A stretch of DNA of 40,768 nt from Cladosporium halotolerans. Its lineage: Eukaryota. Where the stretch lies: positions 1 through 40,768 of the forward strand of contig NW_027191520.1 of the NCBI RefSeq assembly GCF_011745625.1. The letters are read 5' to 3'. Made by a program: the position numbers and the translations under genes. Each line of letters opens with the position of its first letter. The first letter of the stretch is position 1. A model generated the notes under the pieces. The model worked only from the letters and a program-made list of their open reading frames with translations. It ran no database searches and was not told the origin of the DNA. Positions 32,589 through 40,768 of this stretch are shown here, one piece after another.

Positions 32589-33992
32589 ATGGCCAGCTCT
32601 CCCTCCCAAGCGCTGGCCAAGCGCTCTCACGAAAATGCGCTCATGCCACCTCCGCCACCACCCAAGCGACAAAAGCGGCCTGCGAAAGTGCTGGACGAGG
32701 ATGTATACTCCGACGCGCTCTCACACATCATTGCGCGTGACTTCTTCCCTGGCCTTGTTGAGTCCGAGGCGCAACAACAATATCTGTCCGCCTTGGATAG
32801 CAACAACGATGACTGGATCCGCGAAGCTGGCAGGAACCTGACGCAGGTGATGACACCAGGGCCGGATGGGCGAAGGAGGCATGGAAGAGGAACAAGCTTT
32901 ACACCCAAAAGAAGCACTGTAGCGGGGGAAACGCCTCGAGGGTGGACAGGGGATACACCTGGGCGGACGCCCATGACCGAGGCGGGCGGTGACCACTTTG
33001 TGCCGGAAGAGAAACCAGAAGTGGACGTCAATATGTCTCTAGGAGCCTTTCAGGCCAAGTACACGAGTGAAGACAACGAGAGCTTCAATGCTTTGCTGGA
33101 CAAACAGAACGAAAAGCGAGCAAAAAGCTATGGATTCTTCCACACTGGCAACAAGATACCTACAAGTCGCCAGATAGCGCACAAGGAACGAGAGCAAAAG
33201 CTGCTTGAGAGCGGTGACGGTGCACACTCTACGGCTTTGATCACAACGAATGCTGCGGGAGAGGAACGTCAGTTGTTGGCTGCGAACAGACCATCTCAAG
33301 ACCTTGACACCAGGCCGGCTTCTGTCGAGTCCTTCCCTAATCGCTCAGGCCCGCGAAACCACCTTATGTTCGGACCAGACGGCGTGGAGGACCAGGTTGC
33401 CACACGGGCGCAGATATCGGAGGAACGATCCCTTGCCGCACCGAAAGCAACCAACTACGCAGGCACACGCTTTGCCTCGCAGACCAGCACGCCTGCGCAG
33501 ACGGTTCCTCCGAGTCCCTCAATGAGCGCTATTGACGCTGCCATAGCTGGGAGACCGAAGCCCACAGCTTCCGAGCCAGGCTACACCGGCGCCGAGACTC
33601 CGCGCGTGAACGGCTACGCCTTCGTCGACGCCGAGCCGACGCCATCCGAGCTCGGGCAGCCAGTCTCGGACGCAGAAGCAGACGCGGCGGAGCGCGAAGC
33701 AGCGCGCGCACTGCTCCCTAAAGCTGACGAGTCTGGCCCCAGTCCTTTCACAATCCACGGGCGAAGCAAACGCGAAGACCTGCATCACAGGCTTGTTGAG
33801 AAGGCTGATCAAGCGCGGAGGAAGAGTGGCCGGGGAAGGGTGGAGGAACTTTCAAAGCTGGGAATCACGCCTGGACGAACGCCGACGCCGAGGTTCAAGA
33901 CTGCAGAGGGCCTGAAAGGTGGTAAAGGAGGCATGACGCCTGCAGCGAGGAATCTGGCGGAGAAGTTGAGGACGCCGCGAAAGGGGTGGTGA
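32589..33992 (+). CDS. ESS2: Splicing factor ESS-2/DGCR14 (nuclear protein Es2), 467 aa
   Basis: VLDEDVYSDALSHIIARDFFPGL, MSLGAFQAKYTSEDNESF, RNHLMFGP, TPRVNGYAFVD, MTPAARNL. Confidence 0.92.
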   Translation: MASSPSQALAKRSHENALMPPPPPPKRQKRPAKVLDEDVYSDALSHIIARDFFPGLVESEAQQQYLSALDSNNDDWIREAGRNLTQVMTPGPDGRRRHGRGTSFTPKRSTVAGETPRGWTGDTPGRTPMTEAGGDHFVPEEKPEVDVNMSLGAFQAKYTSEDNESFNALLDKQNEKRAKSYGFFHTGNKIPTSRQIAHKEREQKLLESGDGAHSTALITTNAAGEERQLLAANRPSQDLDTRPASVESFPNRSGPRNHLMFGPDGVEDQVATRAQISEERSLAAPKATNYAGTRFASQTSTPAQTVPPSPSMSAIDAAIAGRPKPTASEPGYTGAETPRVNGYAFVDAEPTPSELGQPVSDAEADAAEREAARALLPKADESGPSPFTIHGRSKREDLHHRLVEKADQARRKSGRGRVEELSKLGITPGRTPTPRFKTAEGLKGGKGGMTPAARNLAEKLRTPRKGW

Positions 33993-34719
33993 TGATGGTG
34001 ATGGCTATGATGACTGCTACTTTGCTTGCTGCTTTTCTTTCGATATGATGATACCCCTACACGCTTGCAATCATACTATTCATTGTCATCGCCGCTATCA
34101 ACATCCTCGCAAAGCTCCCCTGTAGACTCGTACTGCAACAAACCCCGGCCCGCCATGGCGCCGCCGCCGGGCAAGCTCCCTCCGATCTGATAAGCCGCCA
34201 GGAGGAAGGGCTTGGGTGATCTTCAGCAAGCGTGCTGAGCTGAGGGCCGAAGGCTCCTCCGGATCCCGCAATCCGGGGCTTGCGGGAGTGAAGATGTCGT
34301 GCATTAGCGGATCAATGCAGGTACCCTGTGCGTTTGCTATTCCTTCGTGAACAGATGCTAGTCCATCTTTTGATAGCATTTCGGCAGGAAGGCGTATGGG
34401 GGCCTGCGACGATGATGCGGGCTGGACGGTCTTCCAACAGCATGTAACGAGGCAACCCTAGGCATCATACTGTCCTGAAATGCAGTGCGATGCGACACTA
34501 AGGTATACGCCTTACCGCGCATAGCGTTTTCGCAGTATGCATTACAGGAATAATGAGGCTGTAAAGGGACTATGTCACGTGATTGCGCGTTCTCAGCGCC
34601 AAATACAGCATGCTACAGGCTTCAGTGATCGAACGAATTCGAGTGGACGCGTTCTCCGTGTCACAATGACAGTCTGATGTGTCGATGCTCACCTATCGCG
34701 TCGTTGTTGTTGGCATTGA

Positions 34720-39465
<4,746 letters not shown>

Positions 39466-39845
39466 TACTTGCATCCATCGGCCTGGTTCGGCCACCGGAT
39501 GGGATAGATGGTCCGCTCACGCTGCGGTGTAGATCAACGGCAAAAAAACAATAAACGAGAAATGGCATTGAGGTTCGGATTGGCGCAATGACTGATTCAC
39601 GAATGGGTTTAAAATACGGGAAAATCAAAACAAGCCGCGTCTCGAAACGCAGGCAGACAGGCAAGCATGCAAGCTCGCGCGCACAGATCGCGCGCAGTTG
39701 TTCTCTTTTTCGTACTTCTGCTTTTTCAAAAACACCACACTTCCAGATAGCCGTAGTCGCCGCTGCTATACAGCAGTGCTGTACGATCCGAACGTAATGA
39801 AGGAATCTCAACCACCTTCTCGATCCCCTTTCTTCATCATCCCCC

Positions 39846-40154
39846 CTAACGGTTTGACTTAGGAGCTGCTGTCGTGATAGTCCTCGTCAAAGGGATATAT
39901 CCCTCGTAATTCTCCTCCCGCTCTTCCTGGCCGTCGAGTCCGCCTCTTGAGCGTCTGCGGGCTTCCGCATGCTCGCGGACGTAGGCTTTGCAGATGGTAA
40001 AGAGTTTGGATAGGCGGGCGCGGAGGCGGAGGCGCGGGCAACCATTGCGTTTGGGTTCATTGGGAGCGTCTTTTGGTTGGTTGTGATTTGATTGCGTTGG
40101 GTGATTTGATCTTGGGAAGAAAAGTGGCGGCGGGAAAGGGTTGGTTGTGGACAT
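39846..40154 (-). CDS. Small hypothetical protein, 102 aa
   Basis: ATG in good context (CCACCATGT). The 5' C-rich to 3' G-rich composition resembles the real genes here, and there is an amphipathic stretch RLRARLSKLFTICKAYVREH. No recognised domain. Confidence 0.45.
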   Translation of the reverse strand: MSTTNPFPPPLFFPRSNHPTQSNHNQPKDAPNEPKRNGCPRLRLRARLSKLFTICKAYVREHAEARRRSRGGLDGQEEREENYEGYIPLTRTITTAAPKSNR

Positions 40155-40675
40155 GGTGGTTTGCGCTCGGGCGACATAGCAATGAGAGGGATTTCGATTG
40201 GTTACATGAGTTTATAGGTGGCTTGGAGGCGAGAAAGCGAACACGAGAGCTTAGTGAATGCACAATATAATTGCGCACAGTCTGAAGGCTGGATGAGCAG
40301 TGAATGCGTTTCCTGAAATAGTTTTGGAAGCAGGTGACTCGAGCAAAGTGTAGGAAAACAAGAATTCGTTTGCTATATCCACTAGAGTCATGTATGAAAA
40401 GCAGACTGATTTTGATAATGCACCGATTAACCCAACCCGAAAGCCATAAAAAGACATGAAAACGGTCTCAACCTTGCAATGCCGCTGGCGCTTGCAGATC
40501 TCATGATTTCTGCAAGGAACAAAGCCTGTTATACCACGCATTAAGGCCTGAGGCTGAGTGAATCTATTAGTCCACCAACGATTCATGATCAGTCAGTCCT
40601 ACTCATCATAATCGTCTTAGGTACGCTTGAGGTCCAGGAAGTCCTCGTAAGCTACGTGGTGCTTCAAGAGCATAG

Positions 40676-40768
40676 ATCTTGAATCTTGAATATTCAGAAT
40701 CAGGTGAAGCTCAATCAGGAATCAAATCAGTCAGGTGGGCGCTCAATCAGAAATCAATCAGCAATCAG
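40676..40768. repeat. AATCAG-rich imperfect tandem repeat running off the window end
   Basis: Six AATCAG copies in 40698-40768, and two tandem ~31-nt units at 40700-40730 and 40731-40761. Confidence 0.75.

Noticed and set aside
34098..34379. 93-aa minus-strand ORF between ESS2 and KDM4
   Set aside because: No recognisable motif or supporting splice structure; its length is compatible with chance.
40698..40768. CRISPR-like array
   Set aside because: Eukaryotic context, no unique spacers, no cas genes; a simple tandem repeat.

Overview
Gene-dense eukaryotic window from a filamentous ascomycete. Short GT-AG introns with CTRAY branch sites and the gene content suggest a Dothideomycete, probably Mycosphaerellales/Capnodiales-like (inference). 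In order it holds: the 3' end of a probable fungal transcription factor, an MCH-type MFS transporter, YME2, a divergent SdhC/SDH3 paralog, FAR11/HAM-2 (STRIPAK), ATP2 (5 introns), an intron-containing tRNA-Lys(CTT), a possibly frameshifted hypothetical gene, TRS120, TSC2, RNH201, a Zn2Cys6 factor (5 introns), a Caprin/YAG7-like RGG protein, ESS2/DGCR14, a KDM4/Rph1 demethylase and a small orphan ORF, ending in an AATCAG-rich tandem repeat. No prokaryote-type system, CRISPR array or intact transposon is visible. The best leads are: (1) the SdhC paralog with altered quinone-site residues at known SDHI-resistance positions, (2) two identical 16-bp telomere-like boxes that each head a cryptic spliced unit, and (3) uORF-laden leaders on the TRS120/TSC2 divergent pair. 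Exon boundaries were derived by eye and checked for frame; family calls come from motif recognition, not database searches.
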